A DNA stretch of 64,000 nt from Thecamonas trahens ATCC 50062 (lineage: Eukaryota > Protista > Apusomonadida), in contig NW_013657672.1 of the NCBI RefSeq assembly GCF_000142905.1, positions 328,244 through 392,243 on the forward strand. Direction: 5' to 3'. Positions 20,190 through 31,897 of this stretch are shown piece by piece. A program made the translations under genes and the position numbers. Below the pieces are notes generated by a model, which saw nothing but the letters and a program-made list of their open reading frames with translations, searched no databases and was not told where the DNA came from. The first letter of the stretch is position 1; every line of letters starts with the position of its first letter.

Positions 20190-21700
20190 ATGTTCCGCAT
20201 GGCAGGTGCTTCGTTTGCGCGCCCCACGCCTGCGTGGGCAGCCATGATGTACGCACCTTGAGCTTGAGCATGTGTCGGTGAGGGTGAGGCGGAGGGGGGC
20301 GTTGAGGCATTTTTTGAGTGTGTGCTGGGGAGGAGGATGGAGGGAGACTGATGGCGGAGAGTGGCGATGGAATGAGTAGGTGGCGGCGGATGTACGCCGA
20401 CCTGCCCGAGCACTACAAGATCACCATGCCTGCCCTCTCGCCGACCATGGAGGCTGGCAATCTGGCCGAGTGGGAGGTGGCCGAGGGTGAGGAGATCGCC
20501 AGCGGAGACGTCATGGCCTCCATCCAGACCGACAAGGCCACGCTCGACCTGGAGAGTACTGAGGACGGGTACGTTGCCCGGCTGTTCAAGGAGGCCGGGA
20601 CGGAGAACATCCCGGTTGGTGACCTCATTGCCATCATTGTCGAGGAGGAGGACGACGTGGCGGCGTTCAAGGACTATGACCCCGCGTCCGACGCTGGCGA
20701 CGCGAAGCCGGCGCCCAAGGCTGACGACGGTGCTCCCAAGGCGGCCGACGCTGCGCCCAAGGCGGCGGATGCCGCGCCTGCCGACGCCAAGCCGGCAACC
20801 GGCAAGGCTGCTGCCAGCAACCGCGTTGTTGCCTCGCCGCTGGCCAAGAACACGGCGCGCGAGTCGGGCGTCGACCTCGCGGGCATCCGCGGGACCGGTC
20901 CGGGCGGCCGGGTCGTCCAGGCCGATGTGCTGGAGGCTGTGGATACTGGCTCGCAAAGCCAGGTTGTGGCGTCAGGCGCGGGCGCTGGGGCGGTGGCGTC
21001 GGGTGCGGCGTACACCGACGTGCCGCTCGACAACGTCCGCCGGGTCATTGCCCAGCGGCTGCAGGAGTCCAAGCAGACCATCCCGCACTTTTACCTCTCG
21101 GTCGACGTCACCCTCGACGAGCTCCTCGAGGTCCGCTCCGAGCTTAACGCGCAGGGCAAGGACGAGTACAAGCTCTCGATCAACGACTTTGTGGTCAAGG
21201 CCTCGGCGCTCGCCCTGCAGCAGGTGCCCGAGGTCAACTCGTCGTGGCAGGGTGACTTTATCCGCCAGAACCACTCGTCGGACATCTCGGTGGCGGTCGA
21301 CACCGGAAAGGGCCTCATCACCCCCATCGTCGACGCGGCCGAGTCGCGCGGCCTGGTCTCGATCTCGCACAAGGTCAAGGACCTTGCTGCCCGCGCCCGC
21401 GAGAACAAGCTCGCCCCGCAGGAGTACCAGGGCGGCACCTTTACCATCTCCAACCTCGGTGCCTACGGCGTCTCGCACTTTACTGCCATCATCAACCCGC
21501 CGCAGTCGTGCATTCTTGCTGTCGGCTCGGGCTCCAAGCGCGTTGTGCCCGACACCTCGTCCGAGGCCGGCTTCAAGGAGTCGAACGTCATGACCGTGAC
21601 TCTCTCGTGCGACCACCGCGTCGTCGACGGTGCTGTCGGCGCCCGCTGGCTGCAGGTCTTCAAGAAGTACGTCGAGAACCCGCTGTCGATGCTGCTGTAG
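20190..21700 (+). CDS. DLAT: Pyruvate dehydrogenase E2 (dihydrolipoamide acetyltransferase), mitochondrial, 2 exons
   Basis: Exons 20190-20248 and 20380-21700. Lipoyl domain MPALSPTM...IQTDKAT, E3-binding GTGPGGRV, catalytic DHRVVDGAVGA. Confidence 0.96.
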
Positions 21701-21743
21701 CCCATTGAATCATGCTTGGAAAAAGGCCGCGCGAGCGCCGCCG

Positions 21744-23876
21744 TCACGGCGCCATCGGCGCCAGCCGCTGCGCCCGGGATGGGCTGGGCGAGCCAGCCGC
21801 GAGCTTGCGCTGCTGCCGCCGCTGCATGACAGCGTATCGTTCGGCAGGCGACAGACCGGCGGCGACAAGCACGTCGGTGGCTGTCGTCCGCGACGAGGGG
21901 GCGTGCAGCGGGCGGAGCGGGGCGAGCGGCGGCGCAAGCCCTGGCGGCGACGACGTCGGCGACGACTGCGAGACGCTGGCCCGCGCTCGGAGCGCGACAA
22001 CGCCGGCAGCCATATCGTCGTCATCATCGCTAGCGCCTTCTCCGCCCAGTTCGCGGCTGGCAGAGAGCTCGGCCGCGATGTCAAGCGACTCGGGCAGCTG
22101 CGGCTCGTGGTGGAGGGCGACGAGGGAGAGCGATTCGTTGCCCATCGAGTCGCCGTCGGGATCAGAAAACGTTGAAGGAGAGATGGGTGAGGTCGGCGAG
22201 AGCGAGGTCGGAGGCGGCGAGCCAGCATGAAGCTGGGCGACTTCCGGCGGAGGCTTGGCGTCTGGTGGGGGCTCAAGGAGCAGATCGTCAAGTGTGAGGT
22301 GATGGGCGCGGACCCGGTGGGTGGTGAGGACCGGCGGCGGTGGCGAGGCCGAGCCGAGAGAGGAGTGTGAACGGGGCGGGTGGTGCGAGGGCGAGCGCGA
22401 GGGCGAGCGCGAGGGCGAGCGTGACGGCGTCGCCAACCGTGGGTTGGTGGAGAGCGTTGCGCCGTAGCGCGAGGGCATGACCCGGATCGGCGAGTCGAGC
22501 GAGGCCGCAAAGGCGTGCGGCGCCTTGCCCAGGGCTTGCAGCTCAACCTCGGTGATGTCAAGGCAGCACGGCTCGCAGACGCCAGCTTCACGGGCGAGAA
22601 ACGCGGGATCGCGGCGGAGCATGCGATAGTCGAGTGGCGTGAGCTTTGGCTCGAGCGCGAGAATGATGCGGGGAATGCCCGGGGCGAGGCTCGACGAGGC
22701 CGAGCGGCCAGGCGAGGCCGAGGTACGGCGGTGGTGGGTCATGACTGCGCGGTAGGTGACCGGATACAACCGGTTCTTTTCGACAGGATGCAGGCAGGCC
22801 GGGCATGGGATGTAGTTTGAGCGCTTGGACGACTTGCGGCGGGTGGTGGCGGCGGTGAGGCCCTGCAGACGCGAGCGGCGACGGGCAAGCGCATCCGAGC
22901 CGGAGCGCGTGTCTGTGGCGCGGAGCGAGAGGGCGACAGTACGGATGTCTGAAGGCATGCCGATCTTGCCGACCTTGGACTCGACGTCGAGTGACGAGAA
23001 GTAGGTGAACCAGAGGCGGTCTGCGGCGTCCTGCTTGACGTTGAACACCATGCCGCGGACGACGTACGATTGCGGCGAGGCAGCGGTGATGTGGGCGGCC
23101 AGGTGCTCGGCCATGGCCTTGAGGCGCTTGTTCAGATTGCGGTTGTTGAGGACCACGGGCAGCGAGTCGTGCAGTTCGCCTTCGTGGGTCGCTCCGCGGG
23201 CGTTGCGGGTGATGCGGAGCTCGGAGAGCTTGTGCACCGAGTCGCGGCGCTCGATGTCGAGCATGTCCGGCGCCCATGCCACACGCAGCGTCGAGTTGTA
23301 CGCCCCGCGCGGCGCCACAAACCTTTGCACTATGCCGTTGCGTGGCAACGAGTCGTACAGCAGCGTCCGGAGCGAGGCCTTGTCGTGGAACTCGGCGCAG
23401 GTGAACGGCTCGCCGTCCGAGTTCTCCTCGGTCGTGATCGAGTACGCCACAATGTCAAAGACCACCGCCGAGCGGTCGACCTTGATCAGCTCGCTGTATA
23501 CCTCGTCAGTTGTGGTCTTGGCTGCCCGCTTGCGCATGATCGAGCCGGTCTTCTTCGAGGTAAAGTAGTAACGGTCGAGTCGGCCGTTGCGAATGACCAG
23601 CGTGTCCGGGATGCGGACCGAGGCCGAGGTATAGGTCTGTGGATGCTTGGCCCACAAGTAGTGGTACGCGTTGTCGACATGGCCCGCACCATGCCCATAG
23701 TCCAACGGCGGAGCGCTCTGTCGCCATCTCCGCGACGTCGAGGTCGAGACTACGGCCTCGACCGACAACGGGCCGGTCTCCTCCTCCTCCTCGGCCTCCT
23801 TCCCGCCTCGCCCATAGCCCATCGCCTTGCTTCTCACCGACCACAACGAAGATCCCGATGCCCTCAACGAGGCCAT
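21744..23876 (-). CDS. Conserved uncharacterised protist protein (possible ATP-grasp-like N-terminal domain, two CxxC pairs, disordered Ser/Pro tail)
   Basis: Long ORF with coding-like composition. Motifs IPDTLVI, YYFTSKK, NGIVQRFVAPRGAYNSTLRVAW, CPAC...VCEPC. Confidence 0.65.
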   Translation of the reverse strand: MASLRASGSSLWSVRSKAMGYGRGGKEAEEEEETGPLSVEAVVSTSTSRRWRQSAPPLDYGHGAGHVDNAYHYLWAKHPQTYTSASVRIPDTLVIRNGRLDRYYFTSKKTGSIMRKRAAKTTTDEVYSELIKVDRSAVVFDIVAYSITTEENSDGEPFTCAEFHDKASLRTLLYDSLPRNGIVQRFVAPRGAYNSTLRVAWAPDMLDIERRDSVHKLSELRITRNARGATHEGELHDSLPVVLNNRNLNKRLKAMAEHLAAHITAASPQSYVVRGMVFNVKQDAADRLWFTYFSSLDVESKVGKIGMPSDIRTVALSLRATDTRSGSDALARRRSRLQGLTAATTRRKSSKRSNYIPCPACLHPVEKNRLYPVTYRAVMTHHRRTSASPGRSASSSLAPGIPRIILALEPKLTPLDYRMLRRDPAFLAREAGVCEPCCLDITEVELQALGKAPHAFAASLDSPIRVMPSRYGATLSTNPRLATPSRSPSRSPSRSPSHHPPRSHSSLGSASPPPPVLTTHRVRAHHLTLDDLLLEPPPDAKPPPEVAQLHAGSPPPTSLSPTSPISPSTFSDPDGDSMGNESLSLVALHHEPQLPESLDIAAELSASRELGGEGASDDDDDMAAGVVALRARASVSQSSPTSSPPGLAPPLAPLRPLHAPSSRTTATDVLVAAGLSPAERYAVMQRRQQRKLAAGSPSPSRAQRLAPMAP

Positions 23877-24014
23877 GCCTCTTTGCTGTGGCAAGAGAGA
23901 TGTTATGCCTGTGAACTGTCGTCAGCTCGGGCGAAGGAGGTGCGCGTGGCAAGGGAAGCGGCATGGAAGGCACCGAGCCGGCCTAGTCGGAGGCAGCCAC
24001 ACACTTGAGTCAGT

Positions 24015-24591
24015 ATGGAGAACCCTCTGGATCTGCTGCGGCTGGCGCTGAACGAGCGGGTGGTGGTGAAGATGCGGGGAGAGCGGGAGCTTGCCGGGAA
24101 GCTGCATGTACGTGTTGTACATGGGCGTGTGTGTGTGTGTGTGTGTGTGTGGTGGGAGGGGGGGGGGTGNNNNNNNNNNNNNNNNNNNNNNNNNNNNNNN
24201 NNNNNNNNNNNNNNNNNNNNNNNNNNNNNNNNNNNNNNNNNNNNNNNNNNNNNNNNNNNNNNNNNNNNNNNNNNNNNNNNNNNNNNNNNNNNNNNNNNNN
24301 NNNNNNNNNNNNNNNNNNNNNNNNNNNNNCCCCCCCCCCCCCCCCACCCCACCACACCCTCCTTCCTCTATCATTCTTCATGCCTACTGTCTTTCTGCGA
24401 CTCACGTACGCTCACCATGCTCGCGAGAGCAGGCCTTTGATCAGCACCTCAACTTGGTGCTGTCCGACGTGGAGGAGACCATCACCGTCAACGAGGTCGA
24501 CCAGGAGCCCACGACAACCACCCGCAAGCTTGACATGCTCTTTGTTCGTGGCGACGGTGTCATTCTCTGCTCTCCGCCGCTGCGTGTGTAA
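24015..24591 (+). CDS. LSM3: U6 snRNA-associated Sm-like protein LSm3, 2 exons
   Basis: Exon 1 24015-24107 ([28 protein letters not shown]). Intron GTACGT...GCAG contains a gap. Exon 2 24433-24591 ([16 protein letters not shown]...[15 protein letters not shown]). Confidence 0.95.
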
Positions 24592-24883
24592 ATCAACCCA
24601 AATCCCCCCCCCCCCCCCTGGCCATCGTCGGCACCGTACCATGATCGGCCACAACCCGACCCACAACCGAGTCTTCCATGTAGTGCAGCAACAATACCTT
24701 TTATCAGTGCTCTCGTCCATAGCAAGCAGTGCGTGCCAGACCTTGATCTCCCCCCCCCCCCCCTCCCCCCTGGCCTGCCACCCGATCCGCCGCCCACCCG
24801 CAACCACCAGCCACTCGAGCAGCCACCATTCCGCAGAACAGCAGCAAGGCTACGTTTTACCACACTTCACAACCAGCACCAGC

Positions 24884-26716
24884 ATGGCCGCATCGTCATC
24901 TGCTGCCGAGGTAGGCACAGTGGAAGAAGGAGAAAATGCACCTCACATGCATCCCCCATGTTACAGTCACATACTCACCGCACTCTACATCCCCCCCCCC
25001 CCCCATTCCCATATGGCTGGTCTCTACAGGAGGAGGGTCTGGAGAAGGCCTCGGCCGCCCGCCAGTTCTTTGAGGACTTTTACTCGGCAACGGGTTCGTA
25101 TGTTGTTGGCCGTATCAACCGCTACACAGAGTTGCAGAACCGCATCGACTCTGGCGAGCTGTCTGGTGCTGCCGCAGAAGCTGCTCGTGATGAGTTTGCC
25201 CTTGCAGAGCGCCGCTTCTTGCGGCAGAGGTACGTTGCTTGCTCCTCCTCCCCTCGCCCTTGATCGCGACTCGTTTGTTCGTCCGCACGCGTCGCCCGCA
25301 CTGGTGCCGCCACCTGCCCGGCGGCCTCCTGCAAGCCTGGCCAGATCGCCTGTGAGGCGATGTGGGCGTATGCAAGAGTGTAGCATGTGTTGCACTTGGT
25401 CGCGCTCCATGTCCCCTCTTGTGGCTCTGTAGCAACTGGACTTGCCTGCGTGTGGCGGCAGTCGGGTAGGCAGGCAGTGCGGACTTGGAGCGGCAATTTT
25501 TGTGTGGACAGAGGTGGAGGGCATCAGCAGGAGCAGGAGCGAGGTCAGAGGAACAGCGACTCACAGGAGGGATCGGATGTGGTGCAGGCGCAAGCGAATC
25601 AAGCTCCATGACTTTGACCTCATCAAGATGGTGGGCAAGGGTGGATATGGTGAGGTGTATCTTGTGCGCAAGAAGGACACGACCGAGGTGCTCGCGCTGA
25701 AGAAGATGAAGAAGTCGGCGATTCTCAAGTCGCAGACGGAGATCACGCACCTGCGGACGGAGCGCAACGTGCTCGCCAACCAGCAGTCGCGGTGGCTGGT
25801 GCAAATGGTGTACTCGTTCCAGGACGCGGCCAACGTGTACATGGCGATGGAGTTTGTGCACGGCGGTGACGTGCGGACGCGGCTGACGGCTGTGGACACG
25901 CTCTCCGAGGCTGACGCGCGGTTCTACATTGCCGAGATGTTCCTCTCCGTCGACGCTCTCCACCAGGCCGGCTACATCCACCGTGACCTCAAGCCGGAGA
26001 ACTTCCTCATCGACTCGAATGGACACATCAAGCTGACCGACTTTGGCCTCTCCAAGGGCAACATGCTCACCATCCAGTCGCAGACGATGAAGCGTGGCAT
26101 GCTGCCGAGCTCCAAGGACGGCGACCGGCGGTCGATCGGCGCCCGCAAGCGCGTCTTTGGCTCGATCAAGCGCAACGCCCGCGAGCTCGCCTTTTCCCTC
26201 GTTGGCTCGCCCGACTACATGGCTGTCGAGATGCTCCGTGGCGAGGGCTACGACTTTTCCGTCGATTACTGGGCTCTTGCCGCCATTCTCTTCGAGATGA
26301 TTGTCGGCTTTGCCCCGTTTGCCGACGACGACATCGAGGCTGTCTTCCGCAACATCTTCAACCACGAGGTGACCCTCAACTTCCCCGACATCTACACGTA
26401 CATGTCGCACGAGGCATGGGACCTCATCACCTCGATCCTCAAGGAGCCCGCCGACCGGCTCGGCAAGGGCGGCATTTCGGAGATCAAGTCGCACCAGTTC
26501 TTCGACTCGATCGCGTGGAAGGCGCTCGGGACCGAGTCCGGGCCCTCGCCGCCCTGGGTTCCCGAGCTCTCGGACGACACCGACACCCGCTACTTTGACG
26601 TCTACGAGGAGGATCCCAACGCGGTTGCCGCCGAGGATGCCGCCGACGCCGATGCCAAGTTCCAGGCCTTCCCGGCCTTTACCTTTAAGCGCCGCCGCCC
26701 GGACGCCTCGTCGTGA
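24884..26716 (+). CDS. NDR/LATS-family AGC kinase, Dbf2/Sid2-like, 3 exons
   Basis: Exons 24884-24910, 25030-25229 and 25588-26716. N-terminal MOB-binding region (FFEDFY...ERRFLRQRRKR), GKGGYGEV, HRDLKPEN, DFG, insert followed by AFSLVGSPDYMA, hydrophobic motif FPAFTFKR. Confidence 0.9.
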
Positions 26717-26866
26717 GGCGCTCCGCAGGCCGCCGCCGCTTGATGCACCCCCCGAGTCGATAAAAGAACAGTCCGCTGCTCCGCGAGAGTGTAAGCTCTG
26801 GCCCTGCCTGGCGCGTCGCCGTCCGGTGCCCTAGGCGCGCTCCGCAGCTATGTACTGCGGCCGAGT

Positions 26867-28746
26867 TTAAGATCTGGTCGGGTCCTTGCCCTGGCCCTTG
26901 CCCTGGCCCTTGCCCTGACCCTTGCCCTTGCCCTTGCCCTTGGCCCTTGCCCCGCCCTTGCCCTGACCGGCGCGGCGCTTGCGCGACGCCGCCCGGCGCG
27001 AGAGCGAGAGCGCCGTCGACCGCTGCGACCGCTTGGTCTCCTCGGTCACAACCATGTTGTCGACAAGAGCGTCAAAGGCGGCCTTGATCGAGGACGGGCG
27101 CGAGGTCTCGTCACGGGTGATGGACATAAAGGTGTCGAGCGCCTGACCTGGAATGAGGTCGAGCGGGCCAAAGACCGGCTCCATATCCCTCAGCACGGTG
27201 AGCTTGGCGGTGTAGCGTGTGGGCGTGAGGATGGCCTTGGGATCCAGCGCATCCGAGTCGGACCAGCCCGGGTCGTCGGGCCGCGGTGCGACAAAGAACT
27301 CGAGGCTCCGGCCAGGTTTGGCATGGAGGAAGAGCGAGAGCGGAGTCTCGGTGCCAAAGTCTGCGCGGACCTGGTCGAGGACACCCTCGACAATCTTGAG
27401 GGAGTTGTCAAAGGCGACGGCGCCGTAGTACGAATTGCCAAACAGTGCGGCGTCGAGGTCCGAGAGCGGGACGTACTCAAAGCCAAAGATCTTGGCCGTG
27501 TTGTGGTAGGCGAGGAAGATGCCGGCCATGTTGCCGATGCGGACCTGGAAGTTGTACTTGAGAAAGGCCGAGCGCATCATGTCCCAGTACTCGCGCTCAA
27601 ATGAGTCGACCAGGCCACGGAGCGAGGAGAGCTCGTATGAGGCGTGGTCGCGGTAGTTGCGGCAGTCGAGGCGGATGGGCCGGACAGCGCGGGTCTTGAG
27701 GTCAAACGTCTTGCGGGCACCCTTGATGCGCGGCGACCAGCAGTCGAGCTGCGAGCGGAGGAGCATGTTTCCGGCGCGCATGTAGTGGTACGTCTCGGCG
27801 TCGGTCGACGCCTCGGGCGAGGCCTCCTTCAGCAGGCTCGCCTCAAACTCGTCCTCTCCATGGTGAGGAAGCGCTCGAGCTGCTTGCCGAGCTTGAGCAG
27901 GATGACGTTGTCGACGTCGCTGACCGTCTTGAGCGAGTCGACCGCAAAGATGCCGTCGCGTGGGCGGAGCGCGACCGCCACCGGGTGGGTGAGCCCCCAC
28001 GTAAAGTCGCGGTACATCTGCCGGCGCGAGTACTCGGCCGAGAGGAACGAGCTCTCAACCGTCTTGTAGTCCGAGAGCGCAAAGTACGCCTGCGCCAGAA
28101 GCGAGGTCATCGACGACGTCGAGCCCTTGATGGCAATGCCGTCGAGCGACTTGGCCGTCGCGTGCAGGTCCTCGTCAGCAGACGTCGAGACAAACGGCGG
28201 AATGGCGTCAAAGTCAATGTCGTCCGGCGAGTGGATGTTCTCCAGCCACGGATCAAACATGTGCTTGCCCGTCGCCTTGTTGACAAGCGGGAAGAGCTTG
28301 CCCGGGTGCTCCACCACTGCATCCAGCCCATGCGCCAGCTGCGCCACGCCCTGCCGCTCCGCGCTGCCAACCTCAATCTGCTCCACCCCCGACTTGGTCA
28401 GCGGAACCCGCGAGAGGTACTCGTAGCCCTCAGTCTCGGCCCCCGATCCGCGCAGCGCGGCCTCGAGCGCCGGCGAGTAGGCAAACTGCGGCCGGCCTGA
28501 GACTGCCCCGGGCACCGGCAGCGGCTCCTGGCGGACTGTCTTGGGATACCTCCGGTAGTACAGACCTGCCGCTTTTCCCTTGTCCCTAACTCTGCCCTTG
28601 CCGCCCTTCTGCGCCCCTCCGCCGCTCTCCTTGCGCCCCTCTGCTGCCGCTGATGCCGCCGATGACGCCGTCCGCCCTACTCCGCCCCGCCATGTCGCGC
28701 CGGCGAGCGCCACCCTCAGCGAGCTCCTCACCCGCAGGCCGAGCAT
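26867..28746 (-). CDS. PET127: Mitochondrial RNA-processing exoribonuclease Pet127 homolog (apparent 1-nt frameshift near 27856)
   Basis: Presequence-like MLGLRVRSSLR. Motifs LAHGLDAV, GSTSSMTSLL, LGKQLERFLT, LLRSQLDC, FDLKTRAV, SFEREYWDMMRSAFLKYNFQVRIGNMAGIFLAYHN, split over two frames. Confidence 0.88.
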
Positions 28747-28884
28747 ATTATGCGGAAGAGCTACTGCGCTACTTTTGCCGTGCTCTGCTGCCTCTTTCCA
28801 AAAGGCCGCGTGCGATGAGTGTGGCTCTGTCTCGTAAGCGCCCGCCACTGCCTCCTCTGCCCCCTTGCCAATCACCAGCGGCGG

Positions 28885-29140
28885 CGGATGGATGGATGGA
28901 TGGACCGATGGAGGGACGGACGGATTGACGGACGGATGGTTGGACGGACGGACGGACGGACAGGCGGACGACCGGTTTCGGATCGCGGCCGTCGTGGAGA
29001 GAGAGGAGGGGTGTGGGGCGTGTGTGCTTGGGGGGTGGAGGGAGTGGGGGGGGGGGGGGAAGAGAGCATAGCTTGGGCTCGGAAGCTTGGGCTTGGGGGG
29101 CTTGGGGGCTTGGGGGCTTGGCGCTTGGGCTTGGGCTTGT
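28885..29140. repeat. (GGAY)n tetramer tract and (GCTTGG/GGGGCTT)n tract between Tra2 and Pet127
   Basis: ggatggatggatggaccgatgg...ggacggacggacgg at 28885-28970; gcttggg repeats at 29070-29140. Confidence 0.8.
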
Positions 29141-29179
29141 GGTCAGGCTAGTCAAGAAGGACGGGGCTTGTGGCGTGGC

Positions 29180-30405
29180 TTAATCCATTGGCGGCGGAAG
29201 GGTCGAGGCCGGGGCCGAGGCCGGGGCTGACGAGGCCGGCGAGCCGTAGCGGTCGTCGCCATAGCGGTCGCCGCCACGGTCGCGGTCGCGGCGGTCGTCG
29301 TAGCCGCCGCGGTCGCCACCACGGTCGCGGTCGCGGCGGTCGCTGCCACGGTCACGATCACGGCGGTCGTCGTAGCCGCCGCGGTCGCCGCCACGGTCAC
29401 GGTCACGGCGGTCACCGTAGCCGCCGCGGTCGCCGCCACGGTCACGGTCACGGCGGTCACCGTAGCCGCCGCGGTCGCCGCCACGGTCACGGTCACGGCG
29501 GTCGCCGTAGCCGCCGCGGTCACCACCACGGTCGCCGCCGCGGTCGCCGTAGCCACCGCGCCGATCGTAGCCGCGGTCGCCATATCCGCCACGGTCGCCT
29601 CCGCGATCGTAGCCTCTGCGGTCGCCGTAGCCTCCGCGGTCGCCGTAGCCTCCGCGGTCACCGCGGCGGCCGCGGTCGCCATAACCGCGGCGGCCGCCGC
29701 GGCCGCCACGGCGGTCGGTGGGCCGACCGCGGTACTCGCCAGGAGTGGGCGAGTGCTCACGCAGGGTCTTGGAAAAGTCGGTGCGGATCGTCTTGCCACG
29801 AACCTGGATTCCGTTAATGTTGGAGATGACCCGGGCGGCGTCGTTGATAGAGGCCATGGTGACAAAGGCAAAGCCGCGCGAGGTGTTGGTCTGCGAGTTG
29901 CGGACAACCTTGGCCTTGACGACAGCGCCGTGCGGCTCAAGGATCTCGCGGAGCGCAGCCTCATCGATCGAGTAGTCAAGGCCAAAGATGCCGATGACCT
30001 TGGCCGGCGGCGCTGGTGTACGGCCGTTCGGGTCAGGCTCGCGCTTACGTGCGGCCTCGACCTCGGCCATCAGCTCGGGCGAGATGACATCGGCATCGCC
30101 TTCCACAGCCGGCGGCGGAGCCTGCTGCTGCTGCTGCTGCGGCTGCTGCAGGGGCTGCTCCTGGGCGTGCGCAGGCGGGTATGCCTGGGCATGTTCGCTA
30201 GCAGCAGCAACTGGTGAGCGGTCCCGCGAACGCGAGCGCGAGTGCGAGTTGTACTCTCCAGGCGGAGGGGTCGGGGTGCGCTCTGTGTGCGGGGAGTGGG
30301 GGGGGGGGGGGTGAGGAGGGGCGGAGAGGGGGGGGGGACGGGTGGTAGGGGGAGGGGGAAGAGGGTGCGGGGCAGGGGGAGGAGGGGCGGCGGCGTACCA
30401 CTCAT
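29180..30405 (-). CDS. TRA2: Transformer-2-like SR/RRM splicing factor with GDRGGY/RD repeats, 2 exons
   Basis: Exon 1 30405-30399, intron GTACGC...CACAG, exon 2 from 30282 ([22 protein letters not shown]). RRM IGIFGL...SRGFAFV and Tra2 signature [24 protein letters not shown]. Confidence 0.85.
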
Positions 30406-30646
30406 TGCAGTTGGGAGTGAGGGGTGGGGTGGGAGGTGGTCCAGTGGCGGGCTGTCAATGGGAGGCAGTGGGGGAAGGCCAAGGAGGTGGCGGGTTGGGG
30501 CAGTCGCGCCAAACGGCGGCGGCCGAGTTCAGGCAGCTTTTTGCAGGCAAGGGGATGTAGCCATGCGGCGAGAGGGGGTGTCCAAGAGATTTGTAGCGGA
30601 GCGCGATGGTGGCATTCAGCGTTGTTTTAGACGGGAGGTGGGCTGG

Positions 30647-31750
30647 CTAGTTGGCGATGGCGGCGAGGATGAGGCGAGGGCCGATGAACGGGTTGCGAGC
30701 GTGCATGGCGAGCATGTTGTCGACCAGGAGGACGTCGCCCTCGCGCCACTCAAACTCGATGCGCTCTTCGTCCATAATAGCCTTGGCAGCAAGAACGTCG
30801 TCATCGGCAATGGGCGAGCCGTCGCCGTAGGTCACCGTCCACGGCGCCTGGGTTCCGGCCTCTTGCGCAGCCGGGTGGAGGAGGACGATGGCGTTGAACC
30901 AGGTGCGGGCGCCGACGCGCGGGTCGCGACGGGCGGCCGGCAGAGCGTGCGAGACAACTCTCATGGCGCCCGACTCAAGCCACTCGATGGAGGCTGCACC
31001 GGTGTCGCGCGCGCGAGCCTCGGCCACTGCCCGGTCGTCGGTCCCGTACGCAGCCTGCCACGAGCGCTGGAGCTTGCCGTCCGAGGCGTCGGCCGAGTCG
31101 ATGACCCTGGTGTAGATGACGCCTTTGTCAACAACCTGAGCAGCAAAGGCCGAGCGCTCGGCGGCGATGCGCTCGTAGAGGTTAGTGGAGAGCAGAATCG
31201 GCGTCTCGCCGTTCTTCTGTGGCTTGGTCTGGCAGAAGAAGGCAAGCTTGGTCGGGTACTTGGTCAGGTACGCCAGCTCGTGGTGGAACGGGATATGACG
31301 ATCGGCGGGAGTAAAGGTCGAGTTGTGGATGGGCCCCAGGACGGCGGTCCGCGGGCCACCACCGCCGATGTAGTCGCCGTACTCAAAGTCGAACGGCTCG
31401 AGGAAGGCCATAAAGTCCGGCGCATCGGCTAGCGGCAGGCCGCGGAAGAGCACCGCGCCGTGGGTGTCGAGCATGCCGAGCAGCAAGTCCTTGTTCTTGG
31501 CCAGCGCCGCCTTCATCGCCGCCACATCGGTGAATCCAGGCAACGTAACCACCAGCGGGAATGCCTTGCCATGGTACATCCGCTGCTGCCGCCGCCCTGC
31601 CGCCGACACCGGCGCGATTGCCACCTCCACAATGTCATCCTCGGCCCGGCTCATGCTCGCCGTCGCCGCCGCAGCAGCTGCGACAACCGCAACAGCTGCA
31701 GCTGCAGCACGAGCACTTGTCGGGATGAGGCGAGTAAGCGAGCGGAACAT
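30647..31750 (-). CDS. TauD/TfdA (clavaminate synthase-like) Fe/2OG dioxygenase, probably mitochondrial
   Basis: Presequence-like MFRSLTRLIPTSAR. Motifs HGAVLFRG, IPFHHELAY (HxE), GETP, WREGDVLLVDNMLAMHARNPFIGPR. Confidence 0.88.
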   Translation of the reverse strand: MFRSLTRLIPTSARAAAAAVAVVAAAAAATASMSRAEDDIVEVAIAPVSAAGRRQQRMYHGKAFPLVVTLPGFTDVAAMKAALAKNKDLLLGMLDTHGAVLFRGLPLADAPDFMAFLEPFDFEYGDYIGGGGPRTAVLGPIHNSTFTPADRHIPFHHELAYLTKYPTKLAFFCQTKPQKNGETPILLSTNLYERIAAERSAFAAQVVDKGVIYTRVIDSADASDGKLQRSWQAAYGTDDRAVAEARARDTGAASIEWLESGAMRVVSHALPAARRDPRVGARTWFNAIVLLHPAAQEAGTQAPWTVTYGDGSPIADDDVLAAKAIMDEERIEFEWREGDVLLVDNMLAMHARNPFIGPRLILAAIAN

Positions 31751-31897
31751 GGTCGGGATGAGGGTGGGTCGGGTGGAGGGGGGTTGCGGACGGTGTTGGG
31801 AGGGGAGGGGAGGGGAGAAGGCGGCAGCACGGCGTGCGTGTCGCACAGTGCACTTTTTTTCTGGCGGTGGTAGGCTTGTGGCTAGCTGGGGCTACAG

